A DNA stretch of 64,000 nucleotides. Source: Acanthaster planci (taxonomy: Eukaryota). Location: contig NW_019091359.1 in NCBI RefSeq assembly GCF_001949145.1, forward strand, positions 2,394,861 through 2,458,860. The letters are read 5' to 3'. Shown one piece after another: positions 35,851-49,300 of this stretch. The stretch's first letter is position 1. Every line of letters begins with the position of its first letter. The notes below the pieces were generated by a model. The model had not been told where the DNA came from, did no database searches, and saw only the letters and a program-made list of their open reading frames with translations. A program made the translations under genes and the position numbers.

Positions 35851-38599
35851 TCGTTGCAGTCGTAAAGACTTCTGCTAGGAACTTCTAATTCGGTGTCATC
35901 GGAGTGGAATCATCACGTTCCTCTTCTTTAAAACACGGGCTGTAGAGTTACATTTCACACATGAAAGGTTTGTGCAACATTATCTTCTGTTCATGGGACT
36001 GGAGCTCGACCAAGAGAGGGTGCTATTTTCTCAGCAACGGAGGCTCCTTTGGTCGGAACTGAACTTACATTACATAATCTGTGTTTTACCTACAGCTGTC
36101 ATCATGTGAAAATACTGTACAGTTACAAAAGACTTGACTCCAACTTTCATCAGACCCAAGAAATGATAAATGCCACTGAGGAGTCCAGGACAATTGGCGA
36201 AAGTTGCTTGGCAGTCGCTTGCTAGATAACAGCTCTCTCTAGGAGGTGTTAAATGAACAGCGAAGAAATTTAGTGCCCGTTCACTGACCTGAGATGGAGT
36301 AGGATGGAGGGGGTTGTCAAACGCCACAGCGCAACCTTTTGCATGTGCATGCCATGGTTTCTATATCTAACTATTTAGATACTCCTTGCAATAAAACATT
36401 CGGACGACCCTTTGCGTAAAACAATCGCAAAAGCTGTATACGAAGGGCAGACCAGATGAGCTTTGCAACACTGAGCCTTATGCCTAAAAGATATATTAGA
36501 TAATTTTGAGCGCATTAAAAAAACGCGTTACTCATAACTCATGACTTAAAATTAAGTGCAGCAATATCAACAGTTTGTATCTGTCCGGTCCTCGATGAAT
36601 GAGGAACATAACTCCCTTTTTCATAGCGTTTTTTGAGGTTCATTCCTATCTAATGTCTGATTGGACACAAATATGAACACTGCAGCAGCTTAGATAACAG
36701 CCCGTTTGGTTACACCGGGAGCGGATCCCAACCCCCCCCCCCCCCAAAAAAGAGTTCAGATGCTGAATGATGTTATGAGACTATAGTGAAATGGTTAACT
36801 AATCAATGAAATTCTTATGTCTCTACATTTATTCTCAAATTGTCTTCGAATGCCGGAGTACACTTCCGAGAGATTTATGCACCCGGACCCCCCTCCACAG
36901 AGTCATCACTCGGTCTCACCCCTGGTTTCCTGTAACAACCCCCCCCCCCGTTTTACTATGCTTATTTGCCGCTGATTTTGCGTATTCTATTTTCCACTCA
37001 CAGTAAGACATGCGCTGGCTGACCGCTGCATCGACCGTCGGGCCTCAAATTTAACGCGCACACACTGTCAAACCTGCAATGCGATATCAGCTCTGATATT
37101 TTATGTAATTTAAACCACCAGATATGTATCAAAATATACATATATTATTTCAAGTAAAGATATTATATTTCAAGTAATTCATTAATATGAGAATTTTTTT
37201 CATTTGTAATAGTCCAGTCGCCGCGGGTGGACTTTTCTTTGTGCCTGTTGTGATTGTTGCTGATTTTTTTCGCAATTTTTGGTTGAACATGTTCGTTTTT
37301 GGATTGTGAAATGCAAGTTCAAATAAAAACTTCAGGATTGATGTCGGCAAAATTGCTACTGCCTCATCAAGAACAATGTCTTACAGAAAGGTTTGAGACG
37401 TCGGAGACGGGACTTTACAACCCCATTATTTCTAAATCGAAGATAATACTTCATTTGACTTTGGGAAACCTTTCAAATTTATTTTGCTACTCTACAAATA
37501 GCTTTGGCCGGCACAGTGATTGCTGTGCAATTGCGCCCTCTATTGTTAAATACTGACTCAATTTTCAATTTACATACAAACCCTGCATTCCATCAAATCA
37601 TTGGATTTCTGCGCTCGAGCTCATTAATATTTTGTAATTCCGCAAGAGTTTTTACAAAAAGACATGCCATAATCAGGATGGATCATAGAGATATTTCTAT
37701 AAATCACGAATTTGGGACTGCCAGTTTCCAATTGGTGGTATTTCTTTCACAAAAAGCCCCAATCTGTGGGCCTATTTTGGACATGTTGGATAGAAGCGGG
37801 AGGCTACATTGCTCTCACTGAGTCAACGTGTACCTTGGGCTACTCGTACCTCGAGTTAAGACCACTCGTATTCCTCCATGTTATCAATTCGGTTGTAACT
37901 TTCTTTCTCTTCCTTTGTTTGTTTAACATCAGATTTGACAAACATATCAAGGAAAAATCTTCATAAATCTCCCGGAGAGATCTCGAGCGTCAGCATGATT
38001 TTCTGCATCGTGCCTGCCGCGGGCCTTTGCGTCGTCAGTTTACGTGACGGATGTTGAATAACCCCACCATTCAACTCGACTTCCTTAAATGGGGGGGGGA
38101 CTTTACGAGACTTTACACTTTAAACTACGGAACTTCTTTGGGGGGGGGGCTTCAATGTATTCTTTTGGCTCTGGAAAAAGGTTATTGGACTTTTCAATTT
38201 TGTCTGGGAATGATGCCTCTGTTTAGTAACGTTTTTACTTTTGTACTTAATAAAAAATTTTTATGTCCTGATTTCTGTTGGAAATGTTTCTGGTCCCGTT
38301 TTTTAATTTTGTTTTTTTCGGGGGGTGTTTGCCTTTTTTAAATTTTTATATCTGACATTACTTTCTAAACTTTGAAGTAAATGAAAACATGATATCACTC
38401 CATGATCACATGACGGCTGACTACACAGTGGAGATTCCGAATCGCATGCGACGACAGCATTGAGAGCTGGGCGCATAGTTTTACTACTATTTTGGGGGTA
38501 TCTTTGGGGAAAGGCGAATATAGAAAAAAAATCGCGTGGCTAACCCCGATAAAATTGAAACGAAATTAGAAATTTTCATATTCTTGAATTGAAGTGAAA

Positions 38600-38702
38600 A
38601 AGAAGTCAACCACTTCCAGAAAGTCAACAGATGGCGCTATTTCAGCCCGATACGAGGTTGGATAACCGCAGACGCGACGCGTCGTGGTGACACACGAACA
38701 CG
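38600..38702 (+). promoter_or_regulatory. Probable FBH1 promoter and non-coding first exon
   Basis: CpG-rich patch with ETS-like CACTTCC and YY1-like AGATGGCG motifs, ending in donor CG|GTAGGT at 38702/38703. A candidate acceptor lies at 40220. Confidence 0.45.
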
Positions 38703-39126
38703 GTAGGTACAAGTCACATTTTGATGATATGACTCTTAATATGAGACTTTATTTCAGCCTTGAAGCAAAAAGCAAGACACTGGAACAAGTTTACATATAT
38801 AAGCTTTTCACATATAAGAGATTGGAGGAGTTGAAGTTTTTGGCAAAGAGATGGGTTGCATTGCAGTTGCTAACTACCTAACTGAGGACATATCTAGGTC
38901 AGGGGATTTCCCCGAACGTGCAATAAGTACGGACGGACCCTTCATACGGACGCCGCTTGACAACCTGTGCACAAACCCTATGGGACTGAAAATTCTAATT
39001 TTTCTAAGTAAACGGTTTGGTTTTTCCCTCCTAAATTGAATTTTTCTGGACATGTTTTTGCTTTCTGATGCCTAGTCACAGTACATCATGCTGCAGCCTG
39101 CGTCCGTATACCGTATAGTATAGGCC

Positions 39127-39713
39127 GTAGCCCCACAAATGGGGCAGCACGGACATCTGGGATTCTCACAAAATGACAGGTACTGCGGCAGTGAAAACAG
39201 CGCCCTTGGTGACATACTCATAGCACCAGCCAGTCTGAAGATCAGGTACAATCTTTTCTTTGATCTGTACGTACACATGCGCTCATTGCAGTTGTCTTCA
39301 TTGGCGCGGTGTGGTTGCTACCCGTATTTTTGTGAAACTCCCAGATGTCCGTGCTGCCCCATAGGGCTGTAGTGCTGTCTTTTACATTCTGCTCTTGTTT
39401 TTCAAAATGGCGCCGCCCGTGGTCAGCATGTAATACTACAGGCCGGGTTTTTCAAGGCGCCATACATTTGAAAATTTACGATTTTGGAAAGCTTTAGGGT
39501 GCTCGTATGAAAGTCCAAACTCTGACAAATACGCCGTTGTAAGTAAAATTGTCGAGTCATTCTCATTTCAGAAGATATTAGGATTCAAAGTTTGTGACAA
39601 TCCTGCAGTTTGGATTTCAGGTGTTTAAGACATGCCTTGAAGTAGGGCTGTGGTGGCGACAGATAAGAGACAGATTGTAAAATAGAGCCACTACAGCCGT
39701 ATTTGTGGGGCTA
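39127..39713. mobile_element. Outer MITE (~55-bp TIRs) whose left TIR is interrupted by a nested MITE
   Basis: Removing 39141-39360 and one AT restores tagccccacaaat-agggctgtagtg-ctgtcttttaca. This matches the reverse complement of the right end, tagccccacaaatacggctgtagtggctctattttaca. Confidence 0.75.
39141..39360. mobile_element. Nested 220-bp MITE with GGGGCAGCACGG TIRs and AT target-site duplication
   Basis: Perfect 22-bp TIR ggggcagcacggacatctggga / tcccagatgtccgtgctgcccc, with AT on both flanks. Confidence 0.85.
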
Positions 39714-39922
39714 TATAGGCCTATGCATGGAGGGAGGAATATGGAACTCTCCCCCCTCGTAGGGTTTGTGCTTAAGATGTCAAGTGATATCCACGTATGG
39801 ATCTCTTTTCAAGGTTTATAAAGGAGTGTGCTGGCCCATGGCTGGCCCACCTTATTGGTGTTACTGACACTTAAAAATAAGTCAGATGATGGTCTGATCT
39901 TGGGACTAGGCATCATGTAATG

Positions 39923-40001
39923 TTACCCCCAGAACTGTGGAGTTTGTCATCCACGTTCATTGGATTACGACAGACGACAAACCCCGCAATTCTGGGGGTA
40001 A
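39923..40001. repeat. Short palindromic element (29-bp arms)
   Basis: ttacccccagaactgtggagtttgtcatc against the reverse complement of 39973-40001 shows 4 mismatches. Confidence 0.7.
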
Positions 40002-40310
40002 TGTAAGGTGGAATTCTTTCCAGTGGGATGGCCAGTAAGCTGATGCCATAAGTTGGGAAGGTACATTGGTTACATCACTAATACTGGCTATTGTTATATC
40101 TGTATCATTTCAGAATTACTTACAGCAGTACAAGTTTTTTTATCATCCATCTTACAACTTCTTGCCATTGATAAACATTTCTGCCTGTTGTCGAAGCAAT
40201 CATTTTACTGATCCTTTCAGAGAGCTTTCCAGCTGTAAATTGGTAGATGGAAGTCATTTACATGCAGGGGAAGACAAACTCAGCCCTGTTATTGCCACTG
40301 GAAATCAAGG

Positions 40311-43300
40311 ATGGAGGGAAAGACTTCTACCAAAGATGCTGTTGTGCATGATGATACCCATCCTTGTTCAGCGGAGGAACCCAGAGACCCAACTCGGCCA
40401 CGCAGTTCTGCTCACCAGGCTTGTACCAATAACAACATCTCTTCCATTAAGGTCGAGCCATCGGATATCGCCCAGCTATCGCCTCCACTGTCATGGTTGG
40501 ACAATTACGACGATGACGAGTACGATAACACAACTCGGTCACAAAGCCTTGCTGATCAAGCCTCTTCTGACAGCAGTGCCGCTGGCATAAAGATGGAGCT
40601 GCCGGATGCCTGCAAGGTTCCTCTTTGGCCATCTTGGGTTGATGTAGGAGAACAAAGTAATCCAGATCGGCCACACAGCTCTAATAGCCAAGCCTCTACC
40701 AGTAATACTGATGCAAGCATCAAGGTCGAGCCATCCGATTTCTGCCCGATGGCCCTTGCGCCGACACAGCTCCAAGGTTCTAGTGAGTTTATTGAGACCA
40801 GCCTCCACAGTTTTGAGTCACCACCTGTGTCAGTGACAACAAGTGGGACAAAGAGGAAACGTCTCCACATGGATGCCCTGAACTGTTTCCATTTAGCTCA
40901 GACAGAAACAGGAGCCATGGCACTGAAGAACCCAGCGATCGTTAAAACGTCGAGTCTAGACTCCAACAGGGGCATGTACCCCCAGCTGCCAGGAACAACC
41001 CCACGTGGGTTGCCTCCAGCACCTCACTTCTCACAAAAAAAAAAGAAACCCATCCCCAAGAAGTTTTCTCTCAGCGAGGAGGAAACAAACAACCAAACAA
41101 CGATTGAAAGGCTCTTTCCTGTCTGTCCTGGCAAGAGGGCCATGCCCAGTAGTGCATCAGCTGATAACAAGCCGTGCTCGCATCCCTTACCAGCATCAAG
41201 AACAACTGCTTTTTCTGATCATTCTTCAACCCCAACCTTCCCGAAGAAAAACCTGAACACCCAGTTTGCCTCCGTGGGACTGCCTACATCGCAAAAGCAG
41301 GCTCAGAACAACACGACGTTATCCACACATCAGCAGAACAGGTTTACTGGGACATCACTTGCCCATTCATCCAGCATTCCAAGCTCCAAAACAACCACTC
41401 CAGTGAAGATAGTCCTCTCTTCTACCAAAAGCCAGAGTTCAGACAACTCACTGGATGCAGCTATTGTTGATGTCTCCTTGACGCCGCCAAATTCCAGCCC
41501 TTCAAAGTCAGTCCAGAGCACCGACAGCAGTGACGTCGAGAGTTTTGAGAATGAGAGCTTCTTTGATGACCTTGACCCAATTCTCCTGGATGTGGATTCC
41601 TCCTCCTCTCAGCGCTCATCTTCCCAACCTGATGCCAGTGAGCCTCCCAACACCTTTGGACTGCTCGGCGAAGAACCTTCAAGATTCAGTGACCTGGATA
41701 CAGATGATCAGCAACCCTTCCGAGGCTTTGACGCACTCCCTTTGGAAGTCTTAGAGAGGATATTCTGCTTTGTACCCACGATGGATGCACACCTTCGTCT
41801 CAGCCTTGTCTGCAAACGATGGAACGAAATCCTCTCAAAAGAAGACGTAAGACATTTCAAAGAATGACTCCACTTGGTTCTGCTTATCATTAGCCAATTA
41901 AGCTGTTTCACTACCTTCATAATAAGTGCCCCATAATTGAAAATAAGGAAACATCTCTCTAAAATTGTTCTGTGCTGCACTTTGAACAACTTGACTTCAA
42001 TCAGAATTAGTTTAAATATATATACCCCTACCTCACATAATTTAATTTTATCAGCATTTACAAAGTTGTCCTTTTCTGGAGAAAGTACTTCCCGTAGTCC
42101 GTTACTGTGACATTTACATGGTTTTTTTTAATACAGTTTATGCCATGGAAGAAGGTTTACCATCGCATGCGGATGCAGTCTCTCCATAAAGTCCCTGAAC
42201 AGCCTAATCTCTTGAGACCTGGAGCGGAGAAAAATGAAGACACTTGTCTGCTTGATCTTGTCAGGTCAGAAACCAAACACATCATCAGTAGCACATCTGG
42301 CATTGTTGGCTCTGTTGCCGAGGCACGTGTAATGTTTGGAAGGAGTTTTCCCCTGTTGCGTTGTTTCTTTTGTTTCGGCTGTGTGGTTCCAAGGGGAACC
42401 AATGCCACATCTAGTGCAGTCTACTCTATTCAACATCAAGATGTGTCTCTTTCTCTGGAAACATTTTTCTGACATTCATGTACCTAAATGTACATGATGT
42501 GGTCTGTGAAAATGGCCTTCCAGTTTTACTGTTTTACTCTAAGACATAATTTAAAAACCTGCCTCCTTATTTGCTCATAAATTCTGGTATGGAGGTTGGT
42601 GACGACAAAGGTCGAACATTTCTGGAAAGAAAAGAGTGTTGCCTTTCATACAGTGTAAATGTTTAGTTTTGATGAACTATTTTCCTAGAAAAATCTTCCA
42701 ATATTAAAAGTTTTAGTACAAAAAGAGACTCTAAGTAGCTGAACTGATTGTGAAGGGGTCTTTAAGTGGTGAGTTAATGCCATTGACAGAATAGTTTTAA
42801 CCTTATGTAAGGTAAACATTATCTTTTTACACTATATCTTACATTATTTGACACGACACGCCGCAGGAGCATGCCAGAGTTCAAAGATCGCTATGGCTCT
42901 GGTATGGACACAGACCTTCACAGACATCCCAAATACGACCTTGCCAAAGCCATCATGAAGAGCAAAGCCCCTGAGCTACTGAAATATGAGGTACTTGCAG
43001 CAATATTAATCCCCTAACCCGAGGGCATTTTGTCTCTTTTAAGTATGCCCGATGGAATATAGTTATGCAGTCCAGTTGGTCTGTTTTTTTTTTAAATAAG
43101 ATAAATTAGTTATTATGTTCACATGACATTTAAGTTCCTCTCTTTTCGGGGAGCCAATTATGATGCTTACAACCAAAAAATATGTAGAGGCCCAAATAAA
43201 AAATAGACCCTGTACACTTCAATTAAGTGCATCCCATAATTTTTCATTTGCAAGCAAATTGTGGGAACAAGGTTTTTCCATGCAGGCACTTAGAAAAACG

Positions 43301-46300
43301 AAACGAAATAACAAAAGATAGATCGCTTTAACTTTAATTTGTTGCCCGTTTTTTTAATCCTAGATTGCTACTTATTGTATTTGGTCATTGCTTTTGTAGG
43401 AACCCAATCCCTGGTCCACCATTTGTATGCTCGTTCTCCTGTCTGAGACAGTCCAAGATGTGTATTGCATCTTGAAATGTCTTCTCCATCATACGGCATC
43501 TTGTACCACAATGGAGGTGCTGGAATGCCTGTATTGCATCGCTGCGTATCTCTGGAAGTTTAAAATCAGTTTTGAGATGAGCAGTGGGTATGTAGTTAGG
43601 CTGAGAATGATATTTGACTGGTTTACAGGGGAATTCTGCCTTTGTCTCTCAGATTGCACCAAAGGATCCCTCTCACCAACAATCAAGAGAAAGGTCGCTG
43701 GCAAAATGTCCATCATGGTTTGATAAACAATCTTTGATTCACACAAGGCAACATCAACTGCTGTTCACACCATTACATTTCAAGTCTTGATAGACCATTC
43801 AGACACATTGTCATTGCTTTTATACAAGCAGGTCGGTTGTGATCATGCCTAGCTGTGCTGCTGTTCAGGACCCTTGGAGTTTTTCCAAACAAATGCTGGC
43901 AGAGTTCTTGACAGGCTTATTATGGTAGCCATGAGCTCGTGGCGATCAGATCTGATCTTTGTTCTGATTTTTTCAGTTAAGAAAAATGAGATTAACAAGA
44001 GTATGCTGAGTGCCTTTTAGCCAAGTTGTCACCAGCAATGTTCTGGTGCCTTATCCAGGTCTTGGGTCGGGAGGAGGTAAAATGGAAATTGTTTCCCAAA
44101 AGAACTGTCTAAATTTTCTAATCTGAAAATGGCCATTCACCCTCCCCCCAAGAAAGATGTTAGTATGTGGCTTTGAATATGCTAGCACATGTAATTCTTG
44201 AAAAAAAAACCCGAAGATTTGGCAATACGGCCAGTTGCCATTCTACTCTAGTTATTCCCTTTGAATGCTCAGGGTAGCCAGCGTTCAGCAGAGTTAAATA
44301 ATTTTATAAGTCACAGTCACGTTTTAATTGTTTATTCTTGTTTGGGTTTATTCTTCTTTCTGTCTGATCTTGTCTTCCTTGTGTTTTCTCTTTCCTCCGT
44401 TATTCCAACTTCCTCTTGTTAATTATTAGATACCACTATCGTGTCTACCATGCTCTGCACTTATTTGAGAACAGTCACTCCTCTGTACCATTGAAAAGGG
44501 AAGGCCCATCTGATCTTCCGACAGTAAACAGACTTGGCCTTGCGCTGCCAAGGCAGAGGTATGTCACTTGGACATTCATCCAGTAATCTTTGTACTTTAA
44601 ATATGTTTGAATCAATACCTCAATACCAACAATCTTTTTTTTTTTTTGGTCCTTTCTGTGATATTTGATCAGATTCACTTTTCTTGGCCTTTCACTTCAG
44701 ACGGCAAATTTTGTCTATCTATATCTTACACCTCTACCAGAACTGACATGCTTTAATTGTAAGAGCTAACAGATTGCTGCTGGATCTTTAGCTGAGAAGG
44801 TCATCTTTTGTTTACAGACTGTTTATTTTGATGTGTTTTTCTGAATCTTGTTGGTTCCATTCAGCATGCCTCCAACTGATGAGCAGTGGCATATCATCAA
44901 TTATGACATCAATCCTGGCAAAGTGGTCAAGGTTGTTGCTTTTGCCGGTGAGTACAGACGATGTGTGAACAAGAGTTAGCAGACTCCTCTAAAGCAGGAA
45001 CTTATAAGAATAGGGAGTAATTCTTGGCTTCTCAAATTATGGGGGGATGACACCTTGACAGTGTTTCCAACTCAGATCATTTAAGCCCCTCCCCTCCAGA
45101 GGGACCAATACATGGTATAGACTGGTTACCTTGCAAAATGAATGTGGCATCTTTTTTACCTCATTGGTTGCTCTGCAGTGTATTCATTCTTCCTTTTCTA
45201 TCATTTGATTGGCTACTAGAAATGACGCAAGCACCTGTATGGGGGCTTGTATATATCTAAAATGAGTTGACCTGGTGTTAGAGTTCATCAGGTCAAAAAA
45301 GCTGCTAGGATGCCACCTGACTCAGTGCCAGAGATGGAGGTCATGTTTTAAGGAGATGTTGTTATTTTACCCAGGGACTGGCAAGACAACAACCCTGGTA
45401 AAATATGCCGAGAGACGACCCAACACTTCATTTCTCTATGTGGCTTTCAACAAGTAAGACATATTGCCTCTTATGTTGTGTCAACAAGTAAAGCATGTTG
45501 GCTCTCATGTTGCGTCAGCAAGTGAAATATATCACCTCTTTGGTTGTTTCAACAAGTTAGACACTGGTATATTGCCTCTTATGTTGTGTCAACAAGCGAA
45601 ATATTTTGCCTCGGTTGTTCCAACAAGTAATATGCGTTGCCTCTTGTGTTGTTTCAACAAGCGAAATATTTTGCCTCTTAGGTTGTTTTAGCATGTTTCA
45701 ACAAGTACGATGTATTTCCTCTTGGTTGTTTCAACAAGTTAGACATACATTGCCTCTTATGTTGTGTCAACAAGTGAGGCATGTTGCCTCTTAGATTGTT
45801 ACTTTATTTTGGGTGCCTTCTCCCATCTACACATAGAAAATAGCCCAACAAATCTTCCTCCGTAGCACTTCTGACTGGATTCACTGCATGTGTAAAAAGT
45901 TGTGCCTTTTGCATGGGAGATTGTTTATTTGGGCCAGATGGAATGCTGTGGTTACTTTTTGTGGACTGAAAAACTGTTTCAGTTTTGGTTTGTCTCCGCA
46001 GGTCAGTACAGAAACATGCCAAGGAGATCTTTCCTGGTAATGTTGAAAGCCGGACGATACATTCCCTTGCGTTCAGTGTAGTTGGGTACAAGTAAGTCGT
46101 ACAGATGACCCAGAAAATTTCAGATCAGAGGACAAAAAGCTTGATTCTAAGATTCATTGATTGAGATTGGAGAGGGAGGATATTTGGAGAGGACCTCTTC
46201 AACCAGGGACTAATTTCATGGAGTGGCTCAGCAGAGCCTCAGACCAAAGTACCAGGCAAACTATAAGGCAGAGGAAAGGCTCCTTGTTCTCCGTCCTTGC

Positions 46301-49300
46301 CCTTCCATATTGGCACCTGTTTTGAAATTTGTGAATGGCTTTTTTTCGGCAGAAAAATATGATAAATTCCGAAGCAAAAGTGGGTGGAGGTAGGACTCGG
46401 TCCATTATCGGTTCTTGTTGAATTTCCTCAACAGTCAGTCAAAAGCTGGCTTCTCTCGCAAGAGATTTTGTTTGTCTGTGGTGTACCTTTGAACCTGCTT
46501 GTTAGTTCACCACTCAACCACACTTAGAGTTTTAAAACTTACGACAGAATTCCATGTGAATCTGATAAACAGGTCCCCAGTAATTCATCCGACTGAAGTT
46601 GGAACCCTCCAAACTTAATTTTAGAGCCATATTTGATTGATGGTGTATCAATTTCTAATCAGACTGCAGGTACCTTGATAAAGTTACACCCTGAAGTTTT
46701 GTCATTTTTCATCGGAACAGGTACAGGAACAAGCTGGTTTCGTCCCTGAATCCAGTCAACATACACTGGGCACTTCCACCGGGAGAACGCAAGGAAGTAC
46801 CCTGGCTGCGTTACGCTAACCTTGTCTGCAAGACCATCAAGCGCTTCTGTGCTAGTGACAATGATTACATAACAACGCAGCACGTGCCGTCAGAGTACCA
46901 CACCTATAAACAGAACGGTGATGAAGTTTTCCGGCAGAGGGTCACACTAGATCACGCACTCCAAATGGTATGTAAATATTGTCTGGCTCAAAATGAAATA
47001 CAAGGAGTATTCTCTCTAGGTAAAATCTTGACTTTTCCATTTCACAAGTTGAAGTGTAATGAAATGAAAAAGTCCAGATTTTACTGAGTGATAATATTCC
47101 CCTCATTCCCACCGTTTTATGGGGGGGTCTGCTGCACATGTGTTGATGCCACCCCCATAATTGTGGGTGGTTGCCAAGCAGCACAAATCGGATCACAACT
47201 TTCTCCCCAGGTTTTGGTCTACGGAGCTCTGCTGTTCAAAATTAGGTTCTACTGTTCAAAAGCCATGGGAACGAGGATGATCCTTCTTGTTGAATAGTAA
47301 ATCCCATTTCCCTATGGGAGAAAGGGACATTTTTAGCCCTGGCGTGAATGGCAGTAACAATGAATGTCACATGATGTGAGTCCACCAATCAAATGACAAG
47401 AATCTGTGTGCCAGTTATAATAGGCTGAAGACCTTATTTCCTGACCCTTCAAAGCTGAGGGTTTTTTTCTCCGTTTTTAAAACAACATCCCTGTTATTGA
47501 ATTAGTGACTCATCCATCACGTGTCATGAACAGTCAGTGGTACCAGCTCCTACTTGACTCCGGACTGGTCACTTGGTCTGCTGCTGTTTGTTACCACAGA
47601 CTTCAAGCTACACCAAGACAGGGTTGTAATCAAGACCCTGCAAGACCATCAGAAGTCCTCCCGTCTAAACTCAAGTCTCTAGACAAACTAACGGTTGCTT
47701 GTGACTGGTCTTGTGACTGGTCACATGACATGTCTTATGTAAGACTGAGTCAGTTTGAATGTTTGAATATTCAACTTTGCATTTGATTGAATATTCAAAT
47801 ATTCAGTCGTACCAGCTTCCTTCAAAAGCAGAAACAAAGGATCCGGTCGTTAACAAATTTTTAAAAAGTAATTTTTGGGCTTATTGTTGAGCATATGAAT
47901 TCAGCGTCTTGTAACACCTTGAAATATGCTTTTAAAACTGAATTTAGAACCAAAAGAGTGGAATTCTTCCCTTTTCGGTTCACTGATTTTCCCCTCCGTA
48001 TGTTTGAATTTACATACTTTGAATATTTGATAATCAATGGAATATTCAAATAATTGGCACGGCCTAGTTTTGTTCCTTGTCTCGTGATGGTGTTGACTAC
48101 AATACTGCCCCCAGATGGTATCTTCAAGGGGTCAAGGGTCAAAGTATTGGATAATCTGTAACTATTGATCCCTTAGCTTGGTGGAAAACAAAACTGATTT
48201 GATGGTTCATTATTTGTTCTTTATACAGAAAATATCCAATGACTCCTCCTCTGTGTGGGAAAAGATGACTGAAGTCAATAACAGAGATGTTCACATAACT
48301 CATGATGGTAATTATGGAATGTGTACTCAAGAAATCTCGGACATTTTTTCCAAGGGTAAATGATCTCATCTTTGAGAGATAGAGATCGGCGTTTCCGCCA
48401 TCTCGGAGATTATCCCATGGCCTTCCTCCTCGGTCAGAAAGTGGAGGAGATAGATCTTTGTAAACTGTATGCATGAGCGCCGGTGTCCAGTCTACGTTAG
48501 CTTGTGCATATTCATGACAAACCCCAAATGATATGATCTGACCAAGTTATCATGTCACTTCACACACATGGGCAAGTGTGCAGGATTGGTGTTCTTCAAT
48601 AGGATTCAATCAACTGTTGTATCAACATTGGCAGACAGAGACTTGTGTTACTTTTCCAAGAAGTAGAATACTTCAAATACTAATTAATGCTAATTTTTCC
48701 TTTGTGTCAAATGGTGGAGAAAATCTTGAATCAGTGGCCTTAACCCAAGCTATAAAACCTCCAACCTCCCCCCTACCCAGTCTCTCTTTGCTGGAAATAA
48801 TGGCACATGCTTTGTACTGTAACTTTCAAAGGGCATCAAGTACCCTGTGAGGTTGGGCTCTACCCTCCCCAGTCCTACAGAATCCTCCAAAATGCCTGGT
48901 GGACTTTGTAGGATCTAGGAGGGATTGCATCTGATTGCTAGTTATGAATTTTCTTGTTTCAGTGTACCTCAAGCTCTACCAACTCAAGAAGCCGTGGTAT
49001 CTTGACTATGATTGTCTGCTGATTGACGAAGCTCAAGATCTGACACCAGGTGAGTGAAGAACAGCTTAGAAATTTTGATTTATAAGATATTGTTTTATGT
49101 CAGGGAGTTGTCATATGTTTCATATTGGCTATTTTAGTTTACACCAATGTGTATTTATAGACACTGTGTAATCAACATTGTCCAAAGGCTTGTAAAAATA
49201 TCTGCACAAGCTCACTCGGGTGGGACTCGAACCCACAATCTCCTGCTTTATAAGTGCAGACATTTTACCACTTGACCAGACGTGGATAAGACATATCTAT

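Noticed and set aside
49200..49280. tRNA gene
   Set aside because: A and B boxes are present but there is no intact cloverleaf, and the body is shared with another dispersed copy, so it is a SINE.
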